From Dehalococcoidia bacterium (GTDB taxonomy: Bacteria; Chloroflexota; Dehalococcoidia; UBA2979): a stretch of 64,000 nucleotides of DNA. Positions 47,907-56,101 of this stretch are shown one piece after another (position 1 is the first letter of the stretch; the number at the start of each line of letters is the position of its first letter). The notes beneath the pieces were generated by a model. The model was not told where the DNA came from. It made no database searches and saw only the letters and a program-made list of their open reading frames with translations. Position numbers and translations under genes: made by a program. The stretch is taken from contig OZ219871.1 of NCBI GenBank assembly GCA_964291495.2, positions 1,504,001 through 1,568,000 of the forward strand, written 5' to 3'.

Positions 47907-48038
47907 CGCGCTGCCTCCCCGCCGGGCGTCCGCCGCCTCCCCCGCGACGCAGCATAGCGGGCCGCCGGGGCCGTGCGCCGGGGGCGCGGGAGAGGGCCCG
48001 CGATGTGCTATCGTCGCCCCGCTGCGGGGGGTCCGCGC

Positions 48039-48466
48039 GTGTCGCCATCTGTCGACGATCGGCTCGAAATCCTCGATCTCGCCGCGCGCTACAACCACGC
48101 GGTCGACTCGGGCGATCATGAGGGCGTGGCCGCGTCTTCACCCAGGACGGCGCGATCGAGGCCACCGCCACCGGCACGATCGCCGGCCGGGCCGCCATCG
48201 CCGACTACATCGGCTCGCGGCCCGACGGCTGGCAGCGACGCCGCCACCTCAACAGCAACGCGATCATCGAGGGCGTCCCCGGCGACGAGGATGCTGCTCG
48301 GCTGGTGCTCTCGCTGCTCGTTGTCAGCCGCCGCGATCACGTCGTGCCCCGTCTGCACGGGCGCTACGAGGACGAGCTGCGGCGTGTCGACGGCGAGTGG
48401 CGCTTCGCGAAGCGGCGCATCATCGTCGACGCGGACGGCGCCAGCGGACGCAGGGCGGAGGAGTAA
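48039..48466 (+). pseudogene. SnoaL-like (NTF2) protein copy 1, frameshifted near 48135 (real or sequencing error)
   Basis: VSPSVDDRLEILDLAARYNHAVDSGD..GVAA continues in another frame as FTQDG...RHLNSN..IEG...GRYEDELRRVDGEWRF, stop TAA at 48464. Confidence 0.85.
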
Positions 48467-48468
48467 CG

Positions 48469-48870
48469 ATGCCGCTGTCAGTCGAGGACCGGATGGCGAT
48501 TCTCGCCCTCGTGACCCGCTACAACCACGCCGTGGACGAGGGCGACGTCGACACGCGCTCGGAGACCTTCACCGAGGACGGCGTGTGGGACTCCGACACC
48601 GCGGGCGTGGTCACGAGCCGCGAGGCGATCCGCGCGCACGCCGCCACCCGCGCGCCGCAGGCGCACACCAAGAAGCACTGGACCAACAGCCCGGTCATCG
48701 AGGGCGACGGGGACCACGCGACGATCAAGCAGTACCTCTGGCTGGTCGAGATCGTGGAGCCGCGGCGCACGCTGATGATCGGCACGTACTACGACACGGT
48801 GCGGCGCGAGCCGGAGGGCTGGCTCTTCGCCGAGCGCAAGCTGCGCGTGCACAGCCGCATCGACTACTGA
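48469..48870 (+). CDS. SnoaL-like (NTF2/BaiE/LinA-like) protein copy 2
   Basis: MPLSVEDR..RYNHAVD, FTEDG, HWTNS.VIEGDGD, GTYYD, GWLF..RK. Confidence 0.92.
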   Translation: MPLSVEDRMAILALVTRYNHAVDEGDVDTRSETFTEDGVWDSDTAGVVTSREAIRAHAATRAPQAHTKKHWTNSPVIEGDGDHATIKQYLWLVEIVEPRRTLMIGTYYDTVRREPEGWLFAERKLRVHSRIDY

Positions 48871-48900
48871 GCGCCGCGAGGAAGCCCGGAAGGAACGCCA

Positions 48901-49284
48901 GTGCCGCTCTCCGTTGACGACCGCCTCGAGATCCTCGAGCTAATGTCGCGCTACAACCACTGCGCCGACGGCGGCGACGGCGAGGGCTTCGCCGACACCT
49001 TCACCGCGGATGCGCTGTTCGAGGGCAGCATGAGCAGCGCGCGCGGCCGCGACGAGCTCGTGCAGGTGATCGCCAGCGGCGGCGGCCTCTGGAAGCACTG
49101 GCTCAACAGCCCGATCATCGAGGGCGACGGCGACCACGCGACCGCAAGGGTCTACCTGGTCCGTACCGGCCTCGGCGAGGACGGGGCGGTGGAGCTGATC
49201 GCCAGCGGCGCCTACCACGACACGCTCGCGCGCATCGACGGCGAGTGGAAGTTCACGCATCGCAAGGTCCACCCGGACCAGTAG
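48901..49284 (+). CDS. SnoaL-like protein copy 3
   Basis: MPLSVDDRLEI..RYNHCAD, HWLNS.IIEGDGD, GAYHD, GEWKF. Confidence 0.92.
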   Translation: MPLSVDDRLEILELMSRYNHCADGGDGEGFADTFTADALFEGSMSSARGRDELVQVIASGGGLWKHWLNSPIIEGDGDHATARVYLVRTGLGEDGAVELIASGAYHDTLARIDGEWKFTHRKVHPDQ

Positions 49285-49334
49285 GGAACGCAGGAACGCA
49301 CGAGGCATCGCCTCGCGAAAGGACGGAGGACGCC

Positions 49335-49718
49335 ATGCCGCTCTCGCTTGAGGACCAGCTCGACATCATGGAGTTGATGGCCCGCTACAACCACGCGATC
49401 GACAGCAGCCAACCCGAGGCCTGGGCCGATACCTTCACCGAGGACGGCGTTTTCGAGGGCTCGGCGATGACCGTGAGCGGCCGCGAGGAGATGCTGGCGT
49501 TCGTCCGCAACCGCGATCAGAGCAATCCGATCCGCCACTGGAACAACAACATCCTGATCGACGGCGACGGCGACGACGCGACCGCAAAGGTCTACCTCGT
49601 GACCTTCGATGTCACCGGCCCGCCGGAGGTTCGCGTGACCGGGATGTACCACGACACGCTCAAGCGCGTGGACGGGCAATGGAAGTTCACGCACCGCAAG
49701 GTGCAGGCCGACGGCTAG
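49335..49718 (+). CDS. SnoaL-like protein copy 4
   Basis: MPLSLEDQLDI..RYNHAID, FTEDG, HWNNN, GMYHD, GQWKF. Confidence 0.92.
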   Translation: MPLSLEDQLDIMELMARYNHAIDSSQPEAWADTFTEDGVFEGSAMTVSGREEMLAFVRNRDQSNPIRHWNNNILIDGDGDDATAKVYLVTFDVTGPPEVRVTGMYHDTLKRVDGQWKFTHRKVQADG

Positions 49719-49758
49719 CGGTCGCCCGGGGACCGAAGCGATAGCGGGAAGGAACGTC

Positions 49759-50208
49759 GTGCCGCTCTCCTGCGACGACCGGCTCGACATCCTCGAGGTC
49801 GCCGCCCGCTACTGCCGGGCGCTCGATCGAGGGGACGCCGAGGGTCTTGAGGCCGTCTTCACCGAGGACGCCGTCTGGGAGTCCTCGGCGCGCGGGCAGC
49901 GGCGAGGGCGCGAGGCGATCGTCGACGAGTTCCGAGCGCGGGCGGTGCAGGCGCACACGCGCAAGCACTGGACCAGCAACCCCGTCATCGAGGGTGACGG
50001 GGACGAGGCTTCGCTGACGCTCGACTTGCTCGTGCTGCACCTCGATGATGGGGATGTACGGCCGGGTACGAGCGGCGTGTACGAGGACAGGCTGAGGCGC
50101 GACGATGCCGGTTGGCGCATCGCGTATCGCAAGATCACGGTGGACGGCCAGCGGGCCGGCTTCCGCGGCGTGCCGGCGCAGCCGGCGGGAAAGGATGCAA
50201 CCCGATGA
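49759..50208 (+). CDS. SnoaL-like protein copy 5
   Basis: MPLSCDDRLDI..RYCRALD, FTEDA, HWTSN.VIEGDGD, GVYED, GWRI. Confidence 0.92.
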   Translation: MPLSCDDRLDILEVAARYCRALDRGDAEGLEAVFTEDAVWESSARGQRRGREAIVDEFRARAVQAHTRKHWTSNPVIEGDGDEASLTLDLLVLHLDDGDVRPGTSGVYEDRLRRDDAGWRIAYRKITVDGQRAGFRGVPAQPAGKDATR

Positions 50209-51266
50209 GAGTCACATGCGGACTGCACCCCCACAGGAAGATGGGCGAAGCCCCTGACTTCGCGCGCAAGCGCGAGGCGATGGGCTACGACGCGCTGTGG
50301 GTGCCCGAGGCCCAGCACAACCCGTTCACGGCGCTCACGCTGGTCGCCGAGCACAGCGAGAACGTGCGCATCGGCACGAACGTCACGGTCGCTTTCGCGC
50401 GCTCGCCCTACGTGATGGCGAACCACGGCTGGGATCTGCAGGAGTACTCCGGCGGCCGCCTCGTGATCGGCATGGGCACCCAGATCAAGGGCCACAACGA
50501 GCGGCGCTTCTCCGTGCCCTGGGGCCCGCCCCACCCGCGGCTCCGTGAGTACGTGGAGATGATGAAGGCCTGCTGGCACACCTGGCGGACCGGCGAGAAG
50601 CCGAACTACGAGGGCCAGTACTACCGCTACACCCTCGACGCCTGGAACTGGAACCCGGGCCCGATCGACTACCCCGACCCGATGATCGCCCTCGCCGCGG
50701 TGCGGCCGCTCAACACGCGGCTCGCCACGGAGGTCGCCGACGGCGTGCTCTGGCACGGCATGATGAGCTGGGCCTACCGCGACAACGTGCTCGTCCCAGC
50801 CCTCGAGGAGGGCGCGCGCCGCTCGGGCCGCGATCTGAAGGACCTGATCGTCTCCGGCGGCGGCTTCGTCGTGACCGCGAAGACCGAGGACAAGCTCGTC
50901 GAGGCGATGGCCGAGCAGAAGCGCTGGATGTCCTTCTACGCCTCCACCCGCAGCTACCACCCCGCCATGATCATGGCCGGCCTCGAGGACGAGGCGATGC
51001 TGTTGCACCGCCTCTCGATCGAGCAGAAGTGGGCGGAGATGGTGAAGATCATCGACGACGACTTCCTCGAGAAGTTCGCGATCATCGGCACCTGGGACGA
51101 GATCCCGGCGAAGATGCGCGAGGTCTACGGCGGCCTGAACACCGAGATCAGCTTCAGCGCCGACATCGAGGACCCCGACGACGAGGACCACATCATCGAG
51201 GTGATGAACGAGATCAAGGCGATCCCGTCCTACGGCGAGATGGAGCGCACGCCCGTCGCCGCGTAG
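50205..51266 (+). CDS. LLM-class oxidoreductase, probable F420-dependent (MSMEG_2256-like), copy 1
   Basis: EAQHNPF, VAFARSP, WDLQ..SGGR, GTQIKGH.ERRF, FYAST. Confidence 0.88.
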   Translation: MRVTCGLHPHRKMGEAPDFARKREAMGYDALWVPEAQHNPFTALTLVAEHSENVRIGTNVTVAFARSPYVMANHGWDLQEYSGGRLVIGMGTQIKGHNERRFSVPWGPPHPRLREYVEMMKACWHTWRTGEKPNYEGQYYRYTLDAWNWNPGPIDYPDPMIALAAVRPLNTRLATEVADGVLWHGMMSWAYRDNVLVPALEEGARRSGRDLKDLIVSGGGFVVTAKTEDKLVEAMAEQKRWMSFYASTRSYHPAMIMAGLEDEAMLLHRLSIEQKWAEMVKIIDDDFLEKFAIIGTWDEIPAKMREVYGGLNTEISFSADIEDPDDEDHIIEVMNEIKAIPSYGEMERTPVAA

Positions 51267-51315
51267 CGCGGCGACGGGCCTCGCCGGCTCAACCGGCGCG
51301 AGGGGACGCAGCGCG

Positions 51316-52377
51316 ATGAGGGTGACGTGCGGGCTGCACCCGCACAGGAAGATGGCCGAGGCCCCTGCCTTCGCGCGCAAGCGCGAGGCGATGGGCTTCG
51401 ACGGGTTGTGGGTGCCCGAGGCGCAGCACAACCCCTTCACCGCGCTCACCCTCGTAGCCGAGCACAGCGAGCACGTGCGCGTCGGGACCAACGTCACGGT
51501 CGCCTTCGCCCGCTCGCCCTACGTGATGGCGAACCACGGCTGGGACCTCCAGGAGTACTCCGGCGGCCGCCTGATCATCGGCATGGGCACGCAGGTGAAG
51601 GGACACAACGAGCGGCGCTTCTCGGTGCCGTGGGGTCCGCCCAACCCGCGCCTGCGCGAGTACATGGAGATGATGAAGGCTTGCTGGCACACCTGGCGAA
51701 CTGGCGAGAAGCCGAACTACGAGGGCAAGTACTACCGCTACACCCTCGATGCCTGGAACTGGAACCCGGGCCCGATCGACTACCCCGACCCGCCGATCGT
51801 GCTCGCGGCCGTGCGGCCGCTCAACACGCGGCTGGCCGCCGAGGTCGGCGACGGGGTGCTGTGGCATCGCATGATGAGCTGGGCCTACCGCGACCAGGTG
51901 CTCGTCCCCGCCCTCGAGGAGGGCGCGCGGCGCGCCGGCAAGGACCCGAAGGACCTCGTGATCGCGGGCGGCGGCTTCGTCGTCACGGCCAAGACCGAGG
52001 AGAAGCTCGTCGCCGAGCTGGCCGAGCTGAAGCGCTGGATGTCCTTCTACGCCTCCACCCGCAGCTACCACGACGCGATGATCATGGCCGGCCTCGAGGA
52101 CGAGGCGATGCTCCTCCACCGCCTCTCGATCGAGCAGAAGTGGGACGAGATGGTGAAGATCATCGACGACGACTTCCTCGAGAAGTTCGCGATCGTCGGC
52201 ACCTGGGACGAGATCGCCGGCAAGATGCGCGAGGTCTACGGCGGCCTCAACACCGAGATCCAGCTCCGCATGGAGATCGAGGACCCCGACGACGAGGAGC
52301 ACATCAAGGAAATCATGGCCGAGGTCCGCACGATCCCGACCTACGGCGAGATCGAGCGCACCCCCGCCGCCGCCTGA
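51316..52377 (+). CDS. LLM-class oxidoreductase, probable F420-dependent, copy 2
   Basis: Same motifs; colinear 353-aa paralog of copy 1. Confidence 0.88.
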   Translation: MRVTCGLHPHRKMAEAPAFARKREAMGFDGLWVPEAQHNPFTALTLVAEHSEHVRVGTNVTVAFARSPYVMANHGWDLQEYSGGRLIIGMGTQVKGHNERRFSVPWGPPNPRLREYMEMMKACWHTWRTGEKPNYEGKYYRYTLDAWNWNPGPIDYPDPPIVLAAVRPLNTRLAAEVGDGVLWHRMMSWAYRDQVLVPALEEGARRAGKDPKDLVIAGGGFVVTAKTEEKLVAELAELKRWMSFYASTRSYHDAMIMAGLEDEAMLLHRLSIEQKWDEMVKIIDDDFLEKFAIVGTWDEIAGKMREVYGGLNTEIQLRMEIEDPDDEEHIKEIMAEVRTIPTYGEIERTPAAA

Positions 52378-52386
52378 TCGCCCTCG

Positions 52387-53010
52387 CTAGACCGGGCGGC
52401 GCCAGCGCGCCCAGTCGAATGCCACGATGCCGTGCTCCGTGAGCTGCCAGATGCTCGCGCGAGGCGTGCCGTTGGCGATCTCGAGGAAACCGATCGTGCC
52501 GAGGCGTGTTGCGAGGTTCCTCGGCAGCGTGGGGGAGCCGGGGTTCACGCAGAGCACGCCGTCCACGTACTCCAGCCACTCGGAGTGCGTGTCGCCGAAG
52601 ATCATCACGTCCAGGTCCGTGCGGCCGCAGTAGCGTTGCATCGCCCGCTCCAGCGTCCAGCCCCCCTGGGCGGGCACGGGGACGGTGTGCGCGATGCCGA
52701 CGAGGAGCCCGGCCAGCTCAAGCAGCCAGCCCTCGCGTAGCCGCGGGTCCTCGGGCTGTACGGGCCGCCCGCCGGAGCCGTCGTCGCCGTTGCCGCGCGC
52801 GACGTAGGTGGGCGCGACCTCCGAGAGCTGGTCGATCACCGAGAGGTCGTGGATGTCCCCGGCGTGGAGGATGCAGTCGACGCCGCGGAACGCCTCGAAG
52901 ACCTGCGGCCAGAGCCGCGGCATCGCCTCCGGGATGTGCGTGTCCGAGATCAGCCCGATGCGCAGCGAGTCCGCGCTCGCGAGCCGTTCGAGGGCTTCGA
53001 GTTCCTGCAC
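52387..53010 (-). CDS. Metallophosphoesterase (YfcE/MJ0936 family)
   Basis: ISDTH, HAGD, RGNGD, FGDTH, NPGS. Confidence 0.9.
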   Translation of the reverse strand: MQELEALERLASADSLRIGLISDTHIPEAMPRLWPQVFEAFRGVDCILHAGDIHDLSVIDQLSEVAPTYVARGNGDDGSGGRPVQPEDPRLREGWLLELAGLLVGIAHTVPVPAQGGWTLERAMQRYCGRTDLDVMIFGDTHSEWLEYVDGVLCVNPGSPTLPRNLATRLGTIGFLEIANGTPRASIWQLTEHGIVAFDWARWRRPV

Positions 53011-53018
53011 GGACGGCG

Positions 53019-53834
53019 TCAGGCCCCGCGCAGGTGGCTCAGCACGGCGCGGGCGGCCACGGCCGGATGCTCCTCGACGAGCATGTGGCCCGCGCCGGGG
53101 ACGACCTCAGCCGTCGCGTCGGGCAGCAGCGCGCGGTAGGCGTCGACGTAGGGGCCGGGCGGGACGACGGCGTCCTCGGAGCCCCAGAGCAGCAGCGTGG
53201 GCGCGCTCACGCGGTAGGCGCGCCGCCGGAAGCCCTTGTCGGGCAGCGGCCAGAGGTACTTGGCCGCGCCGATCAGCCCGCGCCGCCGCGCGCGGTTCCA
53301 GAGTCGCGCCTCCTCGCGATCGGCGGGAGGCGTGAACATGCGCCGCGCCGCCGGGCTCTCGATGTCGGCGAAGATCGTGCGCGCGAGAGTGCCGGGGGTC
53401 AGTCCGAAGAGGTCCGGCTGCGGCGCCTCATCGAGCCAGAGGCCGAGGGCGCTGATCAGGGCCAGCCGCCGCACGCGCGAGGGATAGAAGGCCGCGATCT
53501 CCTCCGCCAGGAACGCCCCGAACGAGTGCCCCACCACGTCGACGGGCTCGTCGAGGCCGAGCTGCCTGAGCAGATCGTCGTGGTGCAGGGTGATCTCCGT
53601 GACGTCCTCGTAGACGAACTCGGAGCCCTCGGAGCCCTCGAAGCCGGGCGGTGACGGTGCGTAGACGGTCGCGCTCGCGGCGAGGGCGTCGATGAACTCG
53701 TCCTCGACGAGGCCGAAGGTGCCGTGCAGGTAGAGCAGCGGCGGCCCCTCGCCGACGATGCGGACCGGCACCTCGACGGCGCCGTCGAAGGTGCGGACGA
53801 GGCGCTGCCCGGGGGATGCGTGGCTATCAGGCAC
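53019..53834 (-). CDS. Alpha/beta hydrolase
   Basis: YLHG, PGFEGS, GHSFG nucleophile elbow, WGSED, AGH. Confidence 0.9.
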   Translation of the reverse strand: MPDSHASPGQRLVRTFDGAVEVPVRIVGEGPPLLYLHGTFGLVEDEFIDALAASATVYAPSPPGFEGSEGSEFVYEDVTEITLHHDDLLRQLGLDEPVDVVGHSFGAFLAEEIAAFYPSRVRRLALISALGLWLDEAPQPDLFGLTPGTLARTIFADIESPAARRMFTPPADREEARLWNRARRRGLIGAAKYLWPLPDKGFRRRAYRVSAPTLLLWGSEDAVVPPGPYVDAYRALLPDATAEVVPGAGHMLVEEHPAVAARAVLSHLRGA

Positions 53835-55029
53835 CGGGCGCCCTCCGCGCGTGCTGGGGGTACCACTCGTCTTCCCACTCGGAGTGGATGTGCCGCAGAT
53901 TGGGGAGCACTTCCTTCGCGATGCGCGTCATGTTGTACTCGGCGAGCTCATGCGGCATCGAGCCGAAGTGCGCCATCACCATGATCACGCCGAGGTTGAT
54001 CTCCTTGACCAGCCATTCGAGCTTCTCGGTGACCTGCTTCGGCGAGCCGTGGATGATCACGCCCTCGTCGATCAGCTGCGCCCACTTGCGCTCGATGATG
54101 CGCACGTCCGTGTACTCGGTGGTGAAGCCGCCGGCGATCGTCTTCTCCGTGCGATAGCCGGGGGCGTCGATGAAGCCGCCGTAGACGTGCTGGGTCTTGT
54201 TGTAGAACCACTCGATGTGCTCGGCGTAGAGCTCCTCGGCGTGCTCCTCGCTGTCGCCGACGCCGATGAACTGGATGATGCCGGCGCGGTAGGGGTTGCG
54301 CGGCAGGTCGTAGGAGTCGACGACGGGCCAGAACTCCTCGAAGGTCTTCTGCGAGCGCTTGAAGCCGGAGAAGGAGAGTGCGGCGTACATGTGGCCGCGC
54401 TCGCAGACCCAGTCCCAGGTCTCGACGGAGCCGCCGCCGGGGATCCAGATCGGCGGGCGCGGCTGCTGGATCGGCCGGGGCCAGATGTTGACGTAACGGA
54501 GCTGCGTGTAGCGCCCGTTGAAGGCGAACGGCTCCGGCTCCGCCCAGGAGCGCGTGATTAGCTGCTCCGCCTCGCGGTACTTCTCGCGCAGCGTCACCGG
54601 GTTCTGCCCGTAGCAGTAGTTCGTGTCCATGCTCGTGCCGACGGGGAAGCCGGCCACGATGCGGCCCCCGCTCATGCAGTCGAGCATCGCGATCTCCTCG
54701 GCGACGCGGGTGGGCGGGTTGTAGAGCGCGATGCTGTCGCCGAGCAGGACGATCGCGACGTCCTTCGTCTGCCGCGCGAGCGCGGCCGCGATGATGTTCG
54801 GCGAGGGCATTAGCCCGTAGCCGTTCTGGTGGTGCTCGTTCACGCACACCCCGTCGTAGCCCAGCGTCGAGGCGAGCACGAGCTCGTCGATGTACTCGTC
54901 GTAGAGCTCACCGGTCTTGCGCGGGTCGAGCAGATTCGAGGGTATATCGACCCAGACGCTGTGGTGCTCCTCGCTGAAGTTGTCGGGCAGATGGCGGTAG
55001 GGCATGAGGTGGAAGAAGTAGAACTTCAC
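53827..55029 (-). CDS. LLM-class flavin-dependent monooxygenase
   Basis: FFHLMPY, NEHHQ.GYGLMPSPN, RVAEE.AMLD.MSGGR, WPRPIQQPRPPIWIPG. Confidence 0.9.
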   Translation of the reverse strand: MKFYFFHLMPYRHLPDNFSEEHHSVWVDIPSNLLDPRKTGELYDEYIDELVLASTLGYDGVCVNEHHQNGYGLMPSPNIIAAALARQTKDVAIVLLGDSIALYNPPTRVAEEIAMLDCMSGGRIVAGFPVGTSMDTNYCYGQNPVTLREKYREAEQLITRSWAEPEPFAFNGRYTQLRYVNIWPRPIQQPRPPIWIPGGGSVETWDWVCERGHMYAALSFSGFKRSQKTFEEFWPVVDSYDLPRNPYRAGIIQFIGVGDSEEHAEELYAEHIEWFYNKTQHVYGGFIDAPGYRTEKTIAGGFTTEYTDVRIIERKWAQLIDEGVIIHGSPKQVTEKLEWLVKEINLGVIMVMAHFGSMPHELAEYNMTRIAKEVLPNLRHIHSEWEDEWYPQHARRAPGA

Positions 55030-55130
55030 GCGCGCACGCTCCCTGGCTGCACGCCCGCGCCTGCGAGCGCCCGCCGCATGATACGCGACGCCTCGCGCCA
55101 CCCGCGCGCGCGACAGCGCCGGGCAGCAAC

Positions 55131-55154
55131 GGGGCCGCCCCTGCGGGCGGCCCC
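55131..55154. terminator. Perfect GC hairpin downstream of the enoyl-CoA hydratase gene
   Basis: GGGGCCGCCC-CTGC-GGGCGGCCCC; no clear U-tract. Confidence 0.5.
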
Positions 55155-55182
55155 GGAAGCTCCAACCAAAGGTCCGAGGGCG

Positions 55183-55974
55183 CTAGCGGCCCTGGTAGTT
55201 GGCCTCGCGCTTCTCGGCGAACGCGCGCGGGCCCTCCTTGGCGTCGTCGGTGTAGCGGATCGCCTGCGACTCGAAGTTCTCGATGCGCAGACCCTCGGCC
55301 AGCGTGGTGTTGAGGCCGCGGTAGGCCGCCTCCTTGGCCGCCATCACGGCCAGCGGGGCGTTGGCGCCGATCTCGGCGGCGACCTCGAGCGCCTTGTCCA
55401 TCAGCTGGTCGGGCGGGACCACGTGGTTGACGAGGCCGATGCGGTGCGCCTCGGCCGCCGGGATGCGGCGGCCGGTCATCAGCAGCTCGAGCGCGATGCC
55501 GAAGGGCACGAGGCGCCCGATGCGCTGCGTGCCGCCGGCGCCGGGGATGATGCCGCGGGCGACCTCGGGGAGGCCGAAGCTGGCGGTTTCCGAGGCGATG
55601 CGGATGTCGCAGGCCATCGCGGTCTCGCAGCCGCCGCCGAGGGCGAAGCCGTTGACGGCGGCGATGATCGGCTTCCACATCTCCAGGCCGCGGTAGAGCT
55701 GGGGATCGGGCTGGTCCCAGAAGGTGTTGCGCTGGGGTGCGCCGCCGGCGGCTGCGTTGCGCGCCGCCATCTCCTTCAGGTCGGCCCCAGCGCTGAAGGC
55801 GCGGTCGCCGGCGCCGGTCATGATCACGCTGCGGATGTCGGAATCCTCGCGGACCCGCACCCAGGCTTCGCCGACCGCGGCGATCAGCTCTGAGTTGAAG
55901 GCGTTCATCGACTCGGGCCGGTTGAGGGTCATCACGAACGTGTAGCCCTCCATGCGGGTTTCGAGTACGGCCAT
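55183..55974 (-). CDS. Enoyl-CoA hydratase/isomerase (crotonase family)
   Basis: LNRPESMNA, AFSAGADLKE, KPIIAAVNGFALGGGCE, FGLPEV, AFAEKR. Confidence 0.95.
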   Translation of the reverse strand: MAVLETRMEGYTFVMTLNRPESMNAFNSELIAAVGEAWVRVREDSDIRSVIMTGAGDRAFSAGADLKEMAARNAAAGGAPQRNTFWDQPDPQLYRGLEMWKPIIAAVNGFALGGGCETAMACDIRIASETASFGLPEVARGIIPGAGGTQRIGRLVPFGIALELLMTGRRIPAAEAHRIGLVNHVVPPDQLMDKALEVAAEIGANAPLAVMAAKEAAYRGLNTTLAEGLRIENFESQAIRYTDDAKEGPRAFAEKREANYQGR

Positions 55975-56101
55975 GCGTGCAGTCTCCTTGCGTGTCCTCG
56001 TTCGTTCCGTCGTATGCCCCCGCCGTCCGAGGGCGCGGCGCAACGCTACGCCGCCCCGCCCGTCGAGTCAAAGCAGGGCGGCGTGGCTGCTCCTGGTGCG
56101 A

